A DNA stretch of 40,009 nucleotides, taken from Candidatus Amesbacteria bacterium GW2011_GWB1_47_19. Its GTDB lineage: Bacteria; Patescibacteriota; Microgenomatia; CAZETR01; Amesbacteraceae. A program made the position numbers and the translations under genes. This document shows, one piece after another, positions 16,175 through 27,059 of this stretch (position 1 is the first letter of the stretch; the number at the start of each line of letters is the position of its first letter). A model generated the notes under the pieces. It was given only the letters and a program-made list of their open reading frames with translations. It did not search any database and was not told the DNA's origin. The stretch covers positions 1-40,009 of the forward strand of contig LCNZ01000008.1 in assembly GCA_001002325.1 (NCBI GenBank), in the 5' to 3' direction.

Positions 16175-16579
16175 TTAGCGCTTGGGGCTTTGCTTTTTCC
16201 GGCGGGATTTACCTCCCATACCGACCATGCGGCGCTGACGCTTTCTGGAGTCGCGAGTCAAAAGACCGGCGGTGCGTAAAGCCGACCGGTAATCTGTTTT
16301 GAGAGCCGCCAGGGATCTGGCCAGGCCCAAAACCAGGGCGTCCAGCTGGCCGTTTGGTCCGCCTCCGTGGACTTTGACCGTAGCGGAATATTTTTGTAAA
16401 GACAGAAGGGAAAAGGGTAGCTGATACTTGGTTTTGGCAATCATCCCGGGAAAGTAGACAGAGACGGGTTTGTCATTGACGGAAATTTCCCCGCTACCGG
16501 AAATCAGGCGAACGGAAGCGATGGCTTGCTTGCGACGGCCTACGGCGCGGGATAATATTTTGGTTTTAGTTTCAGGCAT
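16175..16579 (-). CDS. rpsI: 30S ribosomal protein S9
   Basis: GRRKQAIASVRL, GGGPNGQ, LTRDSR, QSPKR. Confidence 0.97.
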   Translation of the reverse strand: MPETKTKILSRAVGRRKQAIASVRLISGSGEISVNDKPVSVYFPGMIAKTKYQLPFSLLSLQKYSATVKVHGGGPNGQLDALVLGLARSLAALKTDYRSALRTAGLLTRDSRKRQRRMVGMGGKSRRKKQSPKR

Positions 16580-16582
16580 GGG

Positions 16583-17002
16583 TTAGGATGTTTTAAATTG
16601 GCTGGTATAAGGGTGGTCGGCTTCGGGATATACGTGGAGATGTTTTAGGATATCGGCTTTGAGCTTGTTGTCCGGCAACATGCCGGAAACCGCGTGGATG
16701 ATAACCTGCTCCGGACGGGTTTGGATAAGCCGGAAGAGAGGGGTAACGGTCATGCCGCCCGGATAGCCGGAGTGGCGATGATAGAGTTTTTGATCCATCT
16801 TGCGGCCGGTAACTTTGACTTTGGCAGCATTAACCACGACCACGTGATCCCCTATGTCCAGGTGGCGGACAAACTGAGGTTTGTGTTTACCCATGAGAAC
16901 GGCGGATATCCTGGTGGCCAGGCGACCGAGAATCTGACCTTCGGCATCGAAAAAATGCCAGTGCCTGGTAATTTGACGGGTGGAAAGAGAAAAAGTCTTC
17001 AT
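16583..17002 (-). CDS. rplM: 50S ribosomal protein L13
   Basis: DAEGQILGRLAT, GKHKP, HSGYPGG, AVSGMLP. Confidence 0.97.
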   Translation of the reverse strand: MKTFSLSTRQITRHWHFFDAEGQILGRLATRISAVLMGKHKPQFVRHLDIGDHVVVVNAAKVKVTGRKMDQKLYHRHSGYPGGMTVTPLFRLIQTRPEQVIIHAVSGMLPDNKLKADILKHLHVYPEADHPYTSQFKTS

Positions 17003-17017
17003 GGCAGAGGAGAAATA

Positions 17018-17428
17018 TTATTTTCCGGTCTTTTTGACGGGTTTGGGTTCCGGTGTGACCGGGACCGGAGTAGCAGGTGCAGTAAATTCCATCCTGACCA
17101 TCGGAGCGTTGTCTCCCATCCGATTACCCAATTTAATCAAACGCAGGAAACCACCGGGGCGGATTTTGAAACGGGGAGCTAACTCATGAACCAATTTCTG
17201 GACCAGTTCCCGGTCAGGAATAACAGACTCGATCTGGCGGATGTCGCTTAAACGGGCACGCCGAGCCTGAGTGATGAGTTTTTCTATCAGAGGAACAGCT
17301 GCTTTAGCTTTGGCTTCGGTAGTCTCGATAGCTTCGGAACGGATCAGGGCTCCGGCCAAGCCTTTTAACAGTGCCTGACGCTGACCGGTGTCCCGGTTAA
17401 GTTTCTTGCCAAAAACATTGTGCGGCAT
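17018..17428 (-). CDS. rplQ: 50S ribosomal protein L17
   Basis: IETTEAKAK, RPGGFLR, RMGDNAPM. Confidence 0.96.
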   Translation of the reverse strand: MPHNVFGKKLNRDTGQRQALLKGLAGALIRSEAIETTEAKAKAAVPLIEKLITQARRARLSDIRQIESVIPDRELVQKLVHELAPRFKIRPGGFLRLIKLGNRMGDNAPMVRMEFTAPATPVPVTPEPKPVKKTGK

Positions 17429-17434
17429 GTAACC

Positions 17435-18352
17435 TTAGGTGAGCTGAAAACCCCGCTGGGCAAGAGCGGCTTCGATAATTTTGACCGATTTTCCACCCAA
17501 GTTCTTGACTTTGGACAATTCAGTCTTGGGGACAGTCAAGAGATCGGCTACATTCTCGAATCCGGCCTTTTGCAAAGCGTTGGCAATCCGGGTCGGCAGA
17601 TCCAGTTCTTCGACAGCGACGTGGCTGCCGGAAGCTGTCCTGGCTGGAGAATCCTGGGAAACTATGTCCTGGCTGGCTGACTGAGGTTGAACTATGCTCT
17701 GGAAATAATCGACCAGGGTCTGGGCTGCGGCTTTGAGTGCGGACTCGGGGGAAACAGTTCCGTCTGTGGTGATATCCAGAATCAGCTTGTCAAAGTTGGT
17801 TACCCGACCTACACGGGTAGCCATGATTTCATAATTGACCCTGACGACGGGCGTAAAAGTGGCATCCGTGGGAATAACACCGACAGTGTTGCTTTTGCGG
17901 TCATCTGCGGGGGAATAGCCGTATCCTGATTCGACGTAAGCCTCGATTTCCAATTTACTGGCTTTGTCAGCCAGATTGGCTATGACCAAGTCGGGATTGG
18001 CAATAGTTACATCCGGAGGAGTCTCGAATTTCCCGGCGGTGACAGGTCCGGGGCCTTTGGCGGATAAATAAATCCGGGCAGGCTTGTCTCCGACATAAGT
18101 CGTACGGATCTGTTTTAGAGCCAAAACAAGCTGCACAATATCCTCCTTGACTCCGGGAAGAGAGGTAAACTGGTGACTGGCACCGGGAATGGAGACATGG
18201 GTAATGGCGGCACCCGGGATGGAGGTATACAAGACCCGGCGCAGGGCGTTGCCTAAAGTGTGGCCAAAACCCTGGGGTAAAGGTTCGATGATGAACCTAC
18301 CCGAGTGGGTTGAGGCAGATTCTGCTGTAATAGTAAATTGAGGTTGAGTCAT
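17435..18352 (-). CDS. rpoA: RNA polymerase alpha subunit
   Basis: EPLPQGFGHTLGNALRR, PGVKED; CTD LDLPTRIANAL...NLGGKS. Confidence 0.97.
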   Translation of the reverse strand: MTQPQFTITAESASTHSGRFIIEPLPQGFGHTLGNALRRVLYTSIPGAAITHVSIPGASHQFTSLPGVKEDIVQLVLALKQIRTTYVGDKPARIYLSAKGPGPVTAGKFETPPDVTIANPDLVIANLADKASKLEIEAYVESGYGYSPADDRKSNTVGVIPTDATFTPVVRVNYEIMATRVGRVTNFDKLILDITTDGTVSPESALKAAAQTLVDYFQSIVQPQSASQDIVSQDSPARTASGSHVAVEELDLPTRIANALQKAGFENVADLLTVPKTELSKVKNLGGKSVKIIEAALAQRGFQLT

Positions 18353-18353
18353 A

Positions 18354-18953
18354 TCAGCGGGAGTAGAACTCCACTATTAGTTGTTCATTAACCGGACTGT
18401 CAATTTCGGCTCTTTCGGGTAGGTGGACAATCTGTCCGACGACAGCCTTGCGTTTGAGCCAGGCAGGAGGGTTGAATTCGGCAGTATCAAGATGAGCCTT
18501 AATGTGAGGTATGGCAACCGCTTTGGGACCGAGGGCAACGGTCTGACCAGCTCTTGCCTGGTAGGAAGGGATCGTCACCCGCTTGCCGTCGACCAGGATA
18601 TGGCCGTGGGAAACGAGTTGACGAGCCATGGCACGGGTCGGGGAAAAACCCAGCCGGTAAACAACGTTGTCGAGGCGGGTTTCCAAAAAGCGGAGCAGGA
18701 CCTCACCAGTCTTGCCTCTCACTTTCTTAGCCTTGTTAAAGTACCCACGAAATTGCCTCTCAATTATAGCATAAGTTCTCTTGGTTTTCTGCTTTTCCCG
18801 AAGCTGGATCCCGTAATCCGACGGGCGCCTGGTACTTTTTGCGCCATGCTGACCCGGAGGCTGCGTGGGGCGACGAAGCTTGTTACCCTTGCCAAACAAG
18901 TCGAATCCCTCGCGGCGCGAGAGACGGTTCTTTGGTCCAGTATAGCGTGACAT
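18354..18953 (-). CDS. rpsD: 30S ribosomal protein S4
   Basis: MSRYTGP, LREKQK, LETRLDNVVYRLG, ARQLVSHGH, IVEFYSR. Confidence 0.98.
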   Translation of the reverse strand: MSRYTGPKNRLSRREGFDLFGKGNKLRRPTQPPGQHGAKSTRRPSDYGIQLREKQKTKRTYAIIERQFRGYFNKAKKVRGKTGEVLLRFLETRLDNVVYRLGFSPTRAMARQLVSHGHILVDGKRVTIPSYQARAGQTVALGPKAVAIPHIKAHLDTAEFNPPAWLKRKAVVGQIVHLPERAEIDSPVNEQLIVEFYSR

Positions 18954-18959
18954 AATTTG

Positions 18960-19436
18960 TTACCAGCGGAAATGGGCGAAGGCTTTATTGGCTTCGGCCA
19001 TACGGTGAGTATCATTTTTCTTTTTGACAGCTCCCCCGGCATTATTCAGGGCGTCGATAATTTCTGCGGACAGTTTTTCGGCAAACGTATGAAACTGAGA
19101 ATTGGAGCGTTCACGGGCGGCGATAATTAACCAACGAATGGCCAATGCATCCCGACGCGGTCCCCTGACCGGCGAGGGAACCTGATAGGCGGCTCCTCCG
19201 ATTCTGCGGGAACGGACTTCCATCTGAGGCTTAATATTTTCCAGTGCTGTCAAAAATCCTGCCAGAGGGTCCGATCCGGTTTGAGAGCGGATCAGATCAA
19301 AACACTTGTAGACCTGGGCGGCGGCAACAGACTTTTTCCCGTCCTGCATGACCCCGTTGATTAATTTTGAAATCAGCGGTGAACCGTACACGGAATCGGG
19401 AATAACGGGTCTGATGATAGCGGGTTTACTGCGCAT
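18960..19436 (-). CDS. rpsG: 30S ribosomal protein S7
   Basis: DGKKSVA, SRRIGGAAYQVP, HRMAEANKAFAHFRW. Confidence 0.98.
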   Translation of the reverse strand: MRSKPAIIRPVIPDSVYGSPLISKLINGVMQDGKKSVAAAQVYKCFDLIRSQTGSDPLAGFLTALENIKPQMEVRSRRIGGAAYQVPSPVRGPRRDALAIRWLIIAARERSNSQFHTFAEKLSAEIIDALNNAGGAVKKKNDTHRMAEANKAFAHFRW

Positions 19437-19441
19437 AAGAA

Positions 19442-19876
19442 TCAGCTGGCGGCGGCAACTTTAGGACCGGATGTGGTTTTGGTTCCGTAACGGGAACGCC
19501 CTTGTTTGCGGTTTTCCACCCCTCCGGCGTCAAATTTACCCCGGACGATATGATATTTAACTCCAGGTAGGTCCTTTACCCGACCGCCTCTGACGAGAAC
19601 AATGGCATGTTCAGCGATGTTGTGACCGATGCCCGGGATGTAGGCGGTGACTTCAGTTTTGTTGGACAAACGGACACGGGCGACTTTACGTAAGGCCGAG
19701 TTGGGCTTTCTGGGAGTCATAGTTCTAACCAGAGTCACTACTCCACGCTTGAATGGGTTGGGAACATCCGAAAAGTGCCTGTCCTTGGCATTGAAACTTC
19801 GCCGCAGACCGGTAGCCCTGACTTTTTTGGATTTGGCTGTACGACCTTTTTTGATGAGCTGGTTAATAGTCGGCAT
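19442..19876 (-). CDS. rpsL: 30S ribosomal protein S12
   Basis: [31 protein letters not shown]. Confidence 0.98.
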   Translation of the reverse strand: MPTINQLIKKGRTAKSKKVRATGLRRSFNAKDRHFSDVPNPFKRGVVTLVRTMTPRKPNSALRKVARVRLSNKTEVTAYIPGIGHNIAEHAIVLVRGGRVKDLPGVKYHIVRGKFDAGGVENRKQGRSRYGTKTTSGPKVAAAS

Positions 19877-19882
19877 ATGGAA

Positions 19883-22800
19883 TTAAATTATAGCTGCTCT
19901 CTCGGGAGAGGTGGGAATCAGGCGGCCGATGATAACATTTTCCTTTAGTCCGATTAAAGGGTCAATGCGACCTTCGACAGCAGCGTCTGCAAGCTGCGAA
20001 GTGGTTTCAATAAACGAAGCCGCTGACAACCAAGAAGCGGTTTTGAGGGCGGCACGTGTAATACCCAAAACAACAACCTGGGCAGAGGCGGGTTCGCCTC
20101 CGGCGGCCAGAACTTTGGTGTTTTCTGTTTCAAAAGCCGCCCGGTCGAGAATGTCTCCGGGGAGTAGGGCAGTATCACCCTGGGAAAGCACACGGACCCG
20201 GTCACTCATGCGGCGGACTATAACTTCAAAATGCTTGTCGTGGATCGGTACCCCCTGGGATTCATAAACCAGCTGAATTTCCTCGATCAGATATTCCTGG
20301 GATCCCCGAAGTCCGCGGACTTCCAGGACTTCCTTGATGTCCAGAGAACCGGTGGCGAGTTGGGAGCCGGAGGTAATGAGCTGTCCGTCTTCAACCCGGA
20401 GTTCAGCGGTCAGAGGGATCAGGTATTCGCGTTCCTCGATGGGTTTGACAGATGTGTTGCGGATGCGGACTTTGTAACCAGCTTCGGTTTCGGTGACTTC
20501 GGTTTTGCCAGATATTTCTGCCAACGGAGAAACCATTTTAGGCGTCCGGGCTTCAAATAATTCCTCGACCCGGGGTAACCCTTGGGTAACGTCAATACTG
20601 CCTACGGACAGACCTCCCCGTTTACCATGTAGGGTCATCTGGGTGCCGGGTTCTCCGATGCTTTGGGCGGCGATAACTCCCACCGGGTCGCCAATCTGGG
20701 TCAGATCCATGGTACTCAGATTCCAACCATAACAGTGCGCGCAAATACCATATTTGGAATTGCAGGTCAGGGGAGACCGGACATTGGCTTCGGAAATCTG
20801 ATGCCGTTCGATTTCTGCTATTTTTTCCTCGTCCAGCATAGTTCCGGCAGGATAAAGTACTTTGCGGGATTTAGGAACCTGCAGGTCAGCAGCCAAGAAC
20901 CGTCCGAACAGACGAGCCAGAAATGCCTTCGGACGTCTACCGGAACGGGTAATCGTCAACCCGGGTGAGGCCTGACAATCTTCCTGACGGACTATTACAT
21001 CATGAGCAACATCAACCAATCTGCGAGTTAAATAACCAGCGTCGGCGGTTCTGATAGCCGTATCAGATAGACCTTTGCGCTCGCCTCGGGCAGCGGAGAC
21101 GTATTCGAAAGTAGAAAATCCCTCGCGATAATTACTCTTCAGAGGTAGATCAACTATTCGTCCCATCGGGTCAACTACCAGACCCCGCATAGCGGAGAGC
21201 ATCCGGACCTGTTCCCGAGAGGCTTTTCCTGCTCCGGCATCGATAATAACGCGGATGGGATTGTTGGAATCAAACAAACTCCAAGTAGCGTCAGCCAGCT
21301 GTTCCGCCGTTTCCAACCAAACTTCCTGAGCCAGGCGTTTTTTCTCCTCAGCAGTAATAAGCCCCATGGAGAAATTGGATTCAATTTCGGCAACACGTCC
21401 GTTAGCCCGGGTAATAAATTCTGTTTTTTGGGTGGAAATGACACAGTCGGTGATACTGACTGAGAGACCGGACAAGGTACCTGCCCAAAAGCCGAGAGTC
21501 TTAATATCATCAATCAGTTTGACGATGGTGCTGGTATCGTAAAGTTTGAAGGCGCGGCTGAAAAGTCGCACCATGACTGAGCGGCTGACAGATTCGTTGA
21601 CAAACCGCAACGCTTCGGGAAGTATTTCGTTGAATAGCAGGCGGCCAGGTGTGGATTCGATAATCTGTCCGTCGAGCTGTACTTTTATCGACTGACGTAA
21701 CGCCACAAACCCAGAACTGTGGGCCAAAATCGCTTCCTGGGGAGACGCAAATACCGACGGATAAGCCTGGGTCCGGGAATCTACCGAGGTAAGATAGTAA
21801 TTTCCGAGGGCGATTTCCTTGGTGGAGGGGATGGAAATAGGCATACCATCTGCGGGTTTTCTGAGGTTTTGTTCCGGCATCATTAGTTGTTTGACTTCGG
21901 TAATAGCTTCTTGGCTGAGAGGAACGTGGACCGCCATCTGGTCGCCGTCAAAATCGGCGTTAAAACCAGCGCAAATACAGGGGTGAATCTGGATAGCCGA
22001 ACCCTCAATAAGCAGAGGGTAAAAAGCCTGGATAGAGAGCTTGTGCAAGGTGGGGGCCCGGTTTAAAAGAATGGGGTGGGAGCGAGTAATGTCTTCCAGA
22101 ATATCGAAAACTTCGGGGGGGCGGGTTTCGAGGAGATTTTTCGCTGACTTAACGTTGGGGGCCAAACCCTGGACTATCATCTGGCGTAGGACAAATGGTT
22201 TGAACATTTCCAGAGCCATATCCTTTGGCAACCCACACTGATTGATCTTGAGCTCGGGACCTACGACAATGACTGAACGGCCGGAATAATCCACTCTTTT
22301 ACCTAAAAGATTTTGGCGGAAACGGCCTTGTTTGCCGCGGAGAATATCGGAAAGCGATTTGGAATGGGCAGATGCGGGCAAACGAGTGGAGCGGGTAGAG
22401 CGCTGAGTGGAATCAATAAGCGCGTCGACAGCCTCCTGAAGCATTCTCTTTTCGTTTCTAAGGATGATTTCCGGAGCTCCCAGATCGATAAGATGCTTTA
22501 AACGGTTGTTGCGGTTGATGACCCGACGGTAAAGGTCATTGAGATCTGAAGTGGCAAATCTACCTCCCGAAAGCTGAACCATGGGTCGCAAATCGGGTGG
22601 AATTACAGGCAGAATCTTTAAAACCATCCAGGACGGACTAATACCCGCCCGGCGCAGACCATCAACCACCCGCAAGCGTTTGGTGGCTTTGATATGACGT
22701 TGACCGGAAGTAGCAGCCACTTCCTGGCGGAGGGAATTGGAGAGATTGTCCAGGTCCAGATGTTTGATGACATCCAGTATTGCCTCGGCTCCCATGCCGA

Positions 22801-23617
22801 CGGTGGCAAAGCTCAAAGCGTCGTACTCTACTAGCTTAGTGTACTCGTCCTCGGTGATGATACTGGCCGGCCGGACACCTTCTGCAATATCCGAAAGCCG
22901 GTCATAAAGACTGGTAATTTTTTCCATCTCGGACGTTTCCTGATCTATGAGTGTTTGAAGAGATTGTTTGGCCTTTAGCTGTAATTGATCCAATGCCAGG
23001 GCGGAGGCGTCCTCGTTTAAGGCCTGGTCTCTGACGTCTTTCTCCTGTTCGCGGGAAGCTTTCTCGATTTCCTGTCTGCGGGCAGAATAGTCTGATTTGG
23101 CGGCTTCTTTTTTATCCACTCCTTCACGATGTAAGTGTTCCAAAGTTTTTATCCGGGCAGATTCGTCCACAGAAGTGACGACATACTGCGCGAAATAGAT
23201 CACTGACTCCAAGGCTTTGGGTGGAACATCCAGAAGTAGTGATAACCGGGAGGGTGCACCTTTGAAATACCAGACATGGGTAACAGGTGAGGCCAGAGTG
23301 ATATGTCCCATGCGCTCGCGACGGACGCGGGAATGGGTCACTTCAACACCACATTTATCACACACGATACCCTTATAACGGATGCGCTTATACTTACCAC
23401 AATAGCATTCCCAATCTTTTACGGGGCCAAATATGCGTTCGTCAAAGAGGCCATCTTTTTCGGGGCGGAGCGTCCGGTAATTTATCGTTTCGGGCTTAGT
23501 AACTTCACCGTGAGACCAGGTTTTGATGACTTCGGGTGAAGCCAGTTTGAGTTGGAGAGACGTGAAATCGTAAATATTTTTAAATGTATCCTGATGATTG
23601 TCGGTTTTTTGACTCAT
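19883..23617 (-). CDS. rpoC: RNA polymerase beta' subunit
   Basis: CYCGKYK..CDKC Zn finger, [29 protein letters not shown] 23617 is preferred (TTG 23632 is an alternative). Confidence 0.99.
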   Translation of the reverse strand: MSQKTDNHQDTFKNIYDFTSLQLKLASPEVIKTWSHGEVTKPETINYRTLRPEKDGLFDERIFGPVKDWECYCGKYKRIRYKGIVCDKCGVEVTHSRVRRERMGHITLASPVTHVWYFKGAPSRLSLLLDVPPKALESVIYFAQYVVTSVDESARIKTLEHLHREGVDKKEAAKSDYSARRQEIEKASREQEKDVRDQALNEDASALALDQLQLKAKQSLQTLIDQETSEMEKITSLYDRLSDIAEGVRPASIITEDEYTKLVEYDALSFATVGMGAEAILDVIKHLDLDNLSNSLRQEVAATSGQRHIKATKRLRVVDGLRRAGISPSWMVLKILPVIPPDLRPMVQLSGGRFATSDLNDLYRRVINRNNRLKHLIDLGAPEIILRNEKRMLQEAVDALIDSTQRSTRSTRLPASAHSKSLSDILRGKQGRFRQNLLGKRVDYSGRSVIVVGPELKINQCGLPKDMALEMFKPFVLRQMIVQGLAPNVKSAKNLLETRPPEVFDILEDITRSHPILLNRAPTLHKLSIQAFYPLLIEGSAIQIHPCICAGFNADFDGDQMAVHVPLSQEAITEVKQLMMPEQNLRKPADGMPISIPSTKEIALGNYYLTSVDSRTQAYPSVFASPQEAILAHSSGFVALRQSIKVQLDGQIIESTPGRLLFNEILPEALRFVNESVSRSVMVRLFSRAFKLYDTSTIVKLIDDIKTLGFWAGTLSGLSVSITDCVISTQKTEFITRANGRVAEIESNFSMGLITAEEKKRLAQEVWLETAEQLADATWSLFDSNNPIRVIIDAGAGKASREQVRMLSAMRGLVVDPMGRIVDLPLKSNYREGFSTFEYVSAARGERKGLSDTAIRTADAGYLTRRLVDVAHDVIVRQEDCQASPGLTITRSGRRPKAFLARLFGRFLAADLQVPKSRKVLYPAGTMLDEEKIAEIERHQISEANVRSPLTCNSKYGICAHCYGWNLSTMDLTQIGDPVGVIAAQSIGEPGTQMTLHGKRGGLSVGSIDVTQGLPRVEELFEARTPKMVSPLAEISGKTEVTETEAGYKVRIRNTSVKPIEEREYLIPLTAELRVEDGQLITSGSQLATGSLDIKEVLEVRGLRGSQEYLIEEIQLVYESQGVPIHDKHFEVIVRRMSDRVRVLSQGDTALLPGDILDRAAFETENTKVLAAGGEPASAQVVVLGITRAALKTASWLSAASFIETTSQLADAAVEGRIDPLIGLKENVIIGRLIPTSPERAAII

Positions 23618-23634
23618 ATTTATAGTAGCCAATT

Positions 23635-26600
23635 TTAGAGGTTTTCCTCAGGAGCTGACTCAGACAACTGGTTGGATTGGGGTACTAATACTGCCGCTTC
23701 ATCAGTGACTGCAGAAACAACCGATTCCTCAGCGGGTTTGACTTTAACACCGATGGGTATCACCTGAAGACCCAGACTCTGGAGCTCCTTGACCAAGACG
23801 TTGAAGGATTCTGGAACGGAGCTTGTGGGAATTTCGAGTCCTTTAACAATTGCCTCAAAGGCTTTTGCCCGGCCGACTACGTCGTCTGATTTGATTGTTA
23901 ACATTTCCTGAAGGGTATGGGCTGCCTTATGAGCTTCCAAAGCCCAGACTTCCATCTCTCCCAAGCGCTGGCCTCCCATTTGGGCTTTGCCACCCAAAGG
24001 CTGTTGGGTAACCAGAGAATAGGGACCTGTGGATCTGGCGTGGGTTTTATCTTCCACCATATGGTGAAGTTTGAGAATGTATCCGATACCAACGACTGTG
24101 GGTTCCTGAAACGGCAGTCCGGTGCGACCATCGATGAGAACCGATTTACCGTTGACGGGTAGTCCGGCTGCCTCCATCTGAGTAGCTATTTGATCCTCGG
24201 TAACCTGTTCGAAGGCGGGGACAGCGACCTTACGGCCAAGTTTGGTCATTGCCCAACCAAGACGGGCTTCCAGAAGCTGACCCAAATTCATACGGGCAAG
24301 AACTGAAATCGGCGAAATCATAACGTCTACCGGGGTTCCATCAGCCAAGTGGGGCATATCCGCTACGGGAATGATGCGGCTGATGACACCCTTATTGCCG
24401 TGCCGTCCGGCTAATTTGTCGCCGACACTGATTTTGCGCACCTGGGCGACTTTGACAATTACCCGTTTATTGACACCTGGAGGCAATTCATCCCCGACTT
24501 CACGGTCCAGCATCTGGATGTCGACGACTATTCCCCGTTCTCCGTGGGGCATACGCAGTGAGGTATCCCGCACATCACGAGCTTTTTCGCCGAATATTGC
24601 CCGGAGAAGTCTTTCCTCCGCCGAGAGTTCAGTCTCTCCTTTAGGGGCAATTTTTCCTACCAAAATGTCATTGGGACTGACTTCGGAGCCGACGGCGACT
24701 ATACCCTCTGAATCCAGGTTGGCAAGATATATTTCACCAACGTTGGGAATGTCCCGGGTTAATTCCTCAGGACCGAGTTTGGTGTCTACCACATCGGCTT
24801 CATATTCCTCGACATGGATGGAAGTCAAAATATCCTCCCGAACGAGACGGTCGGAAATGACGATAGCGTCTTCGTAACCTAATCCCTCAAACGAAGTATA
24901 GGCAATTACCAGGTTCTGGCCGAGGGCAAGTTCACCAGCCTGGGATGCGGGACCGTCGATAATAAGCTGGCCCTTGGTGACTTTCTGCCCCAGAGAGACG
25001 GTGGGCTGTTGGTTGTAGCAGGAGCTCTGGGAAGTGCGCTTGAATTTGATCAAATTATATGTTTCTAGGTCTCCTTTGAGAGAAATATACTCCGCCGATT
25101 CGGCTTTCTCCGGCTTTTTATCAAGTTTGAAAACTATTTTTTGGGAATCCACGTAAGTTACAGTACCTGAATGGCGAGCGTAAACACACCAACCCATAGC
25201 GGATGAGACTTCCTTTTCCATACCCGTACCCACTACCGGACTCTCGGGTTTCAGTAGCGGAACGGCCTGTGTTTGCATATTGGCACCCATAAGCGCCCGA
25301 TTGGCAGCATCGTTGGCCAGGAAGGGGATGAGAGAAGCTGACGTACCGACCACCTGACGGGGAACAGCATCGATCAAATCAGCCGATTCTACAGGTCCTT
25401 CCGAAAACGATCCGCGGTAACGGATAGGAAGCCAGGTTTCTTGAATATATCCGTCGCGGTCCAAGTGGATATCGCTGTGGGAGATGTGGTAATTTTCCTC
25501 ATCATCGGCCGTTAAATAAATGATATCGTTACTGATTTTGGTTCTAACTTTGCCGCCGGATTTTTCCTTTATAACTTTGCGGTACGGAACCTCTAAAAAG
25601 CCATAATCGTTAACCCGGGTATAAAGGGCCAGATAAGTTACCAGACCGATATTTGCTCCTTCAGGAGAACGGACCGGGTCAATCCGACCGTATTGACTGG
25701 AATTGACATCTCGGATGCTGAAAGAAGCTCTTTCCCGGGTAATACCACCACGACCCATAACGGTCAGGCGGCGGAGATGATCAATTTCAGACAATGGATT
25801 GGTCTGCTCCAGTATCTGGGAAAGTTGGGAACTACGGAAAAATTCGTTGACGGCGGCGATGACGGGACGGGCATTGACGAGCATACCCGGATGGACCAGA
25901 TCATCTGTGGAAACCAGGCTCATTTTTTCTTTGATTGCGCGTTCCAGACGAAGCAGACCATCCCGGAATGCGGTCTGACCTACCAGTTCACCGACCCGCC
26001 GGATACGACGGTTGGCCAGATGATCTATATCGTCGATTTTTCCCTGACCATTTTGCAAACGGATAAGATAGGAGACCGTGGATACCAGGTCGTCCCGGGT
26101 CAGAACCTGGCTTTCGGAAGAAAGTTCCAGCCGCTTATTTAATTTGTAACGGCCAACCCGACCCAGATCATAACGCCGGGGGTTGAAAAAGAGGTCGTAG
26201 AGTAAACGCTGGGCGTTCTCAAGAACTATTGGTTCACCCGGGCGCATTTTCTTGTAGATTTCCACCAATGCTTCCTGAGTGGATTTGGTGGTATCCTTGG
26301 CCAGACTACTTTCTAGGTAATGATGGCTTTCATCGGAGTCGCTGGCGGAGAATAATTCCTGCAGTTGTTCGTCCTGGGAAAAACCCATTGCCCGTAAGAG
26401 GGCGGTAACCACAAACTTGCGGCGACGATCCACCCTGACAGAAATGACATCTGAACGTGAAATTTCAAATTCCAGCCAAGTACCGCGGATAGGACGCAAT
26501 TCGGCGGTATGGAGCAGCCTGCCTGAGGCTGCATCCAGTTCGGCTCCGAAATAGACACCGGGTGATCTGACAAGCTGATTGATGACCGCCCGCTCGACAC

Positions 26601-26964
26601 CATTTATTATAAAGCTGCCCTGATCGGTCATCTGGGGAATATCCCCCAGAAATACTTCCTGTGAAGAGGACTTCCCTGTTTGTTTGTTGGTGAGTTTGGC
26701 CTGAACCCGCAACGGAGAGGAAAAAGTCAAACCTTTATACAAAGCCTGCTGAGGGGTGAGGTTGGGCTTTTCCACAGAGTGGTCGAGAAATACCAACGAC
26801 CAGTTTTTGCCGGTAAAATCATCTATGGGGTTTATTTCCGACAGACTTACCGAAATACCAGTTGCCAGAAATTCATGCCAAGAGTCCCGCTGGATTTGAT
26901 TCAAATTCAGAGGTGGAAGATTGGAATACGATTTTCCCCAGTAAAGACGATTAGCTGATGACAT
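23635..26964 (-). CDS. rpoB: RNA polymerase beta subunit
   Basis: [53 protein letters not shown]. Confidence 0.99.
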   Translation of the reverse strand: MSSANRLYWGKSYSNLPPLNLNQIQRDSWHEFLATGISVSLSEINPIDDFTGKNWSLVFLDHSVEKPNLTPQQALYKGLTFSSPLRVQAKLTNKQTGKSSSQEVFLGDIPQMTDQGSFIINGVERAVINQLVRSPGVYFGAELDAASGRLLHTAELRPIRGTWLEFEISRSDVISVRVDRRRKFVVTALLRAMGFSQDEQLQELFSASDSDESHHYLESSLAKDTTKSTQEALVEIYKKMRPGEPIVLENAQRLLYDLFFNPRRYDLGRVGRYKLNKRLELSSESQVLTRDDLVSTVSYLIRLQNGQGKIDDIDHLANRRIRRVGELVGQTAFRDGLLRLERAIKEKMSLVSTDDLVHPGMLVNARPVIAAVNEFFRSSQLSQILEQTNPLSEIDHLRRLTVMGRGGITRERASFSIRDVNSSQYGRIDPVRSPEGANIGLVTYLALYTRVNDYGFLEVPYRKVIKEKSGGKVRTKISNDIIYLTADDEENYHISHSDIHLDRDGYIQETWLPIRYRGSFSEGPVESADLIDAVPRQVVGTSASLIPFLANDAANRALMGANMQTQAVPLLKPESPVVGTGMEKEVSSAMGWCVYARHSGTVTYVDSQKIVFKLDKKPEKAESAEYISLKGDLETYNLIKFKRTSQSSCYNQQPTVSLGQKVTKGQLIIDGPASQAGELALGQNLVIAYTSFEGLGYEDAIVISDRLVREDILTSIHVEEYEADVVDTKLGPEELTRDIPNVGEIYLANLDSEGIVAVGSEVSPNDILVGKIAPKGETELSAEERLLRAIFGEKARDVRDTSLRMPHGERGIVVDIQMLDREVGDELPPGVNKRVIVKVAQVRKISVGDKLAGRHGNKGVISRIIPVADMPHLADGTPVDVMISPISVLARMNLGQLLEARLGWAMTKLGRKVAVPAFEQVTEDQIATQMEAAGLPVNGKSVLIDGRTGLPFQEPTVVGIGYILKLHHMVEDKTHARSTGPYSLVTQQPLGGKAQMGGQRLGEMEVWALEAHKAAHTLQEMLTIKSDDVVGRAKAFEAIVKGLEIPTSSVPESFNVLVKELQSLGLQVIPIGVKVKPAEESVVSAVTDEAAVLVPQSNQLSESAPEENL

Positions 26965-26987
26965 CGGGGTTTTTCGGGCGGGAAATG

Positions 26988-27041
26988 AAAAAAGCCCTCT
27001 GGGCGCAAAAAAGGCGGGCTGATGTTAAATTCAGCCTGCTT
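26988..27041 (-). terminator. Two tandem hairpin + U-tract structures in the mltG-rpoB spacer
   Basis: GCAGGCTGA-8nt-TCAGCCCGC-C-TTTTTT (27039-27007) and GCCC-AGA-GGGC-TTTTTT (27004-26988). Confidence 0.6.
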
Positions 27042-27059
27042 GAGATTTGGTTTCTTATA

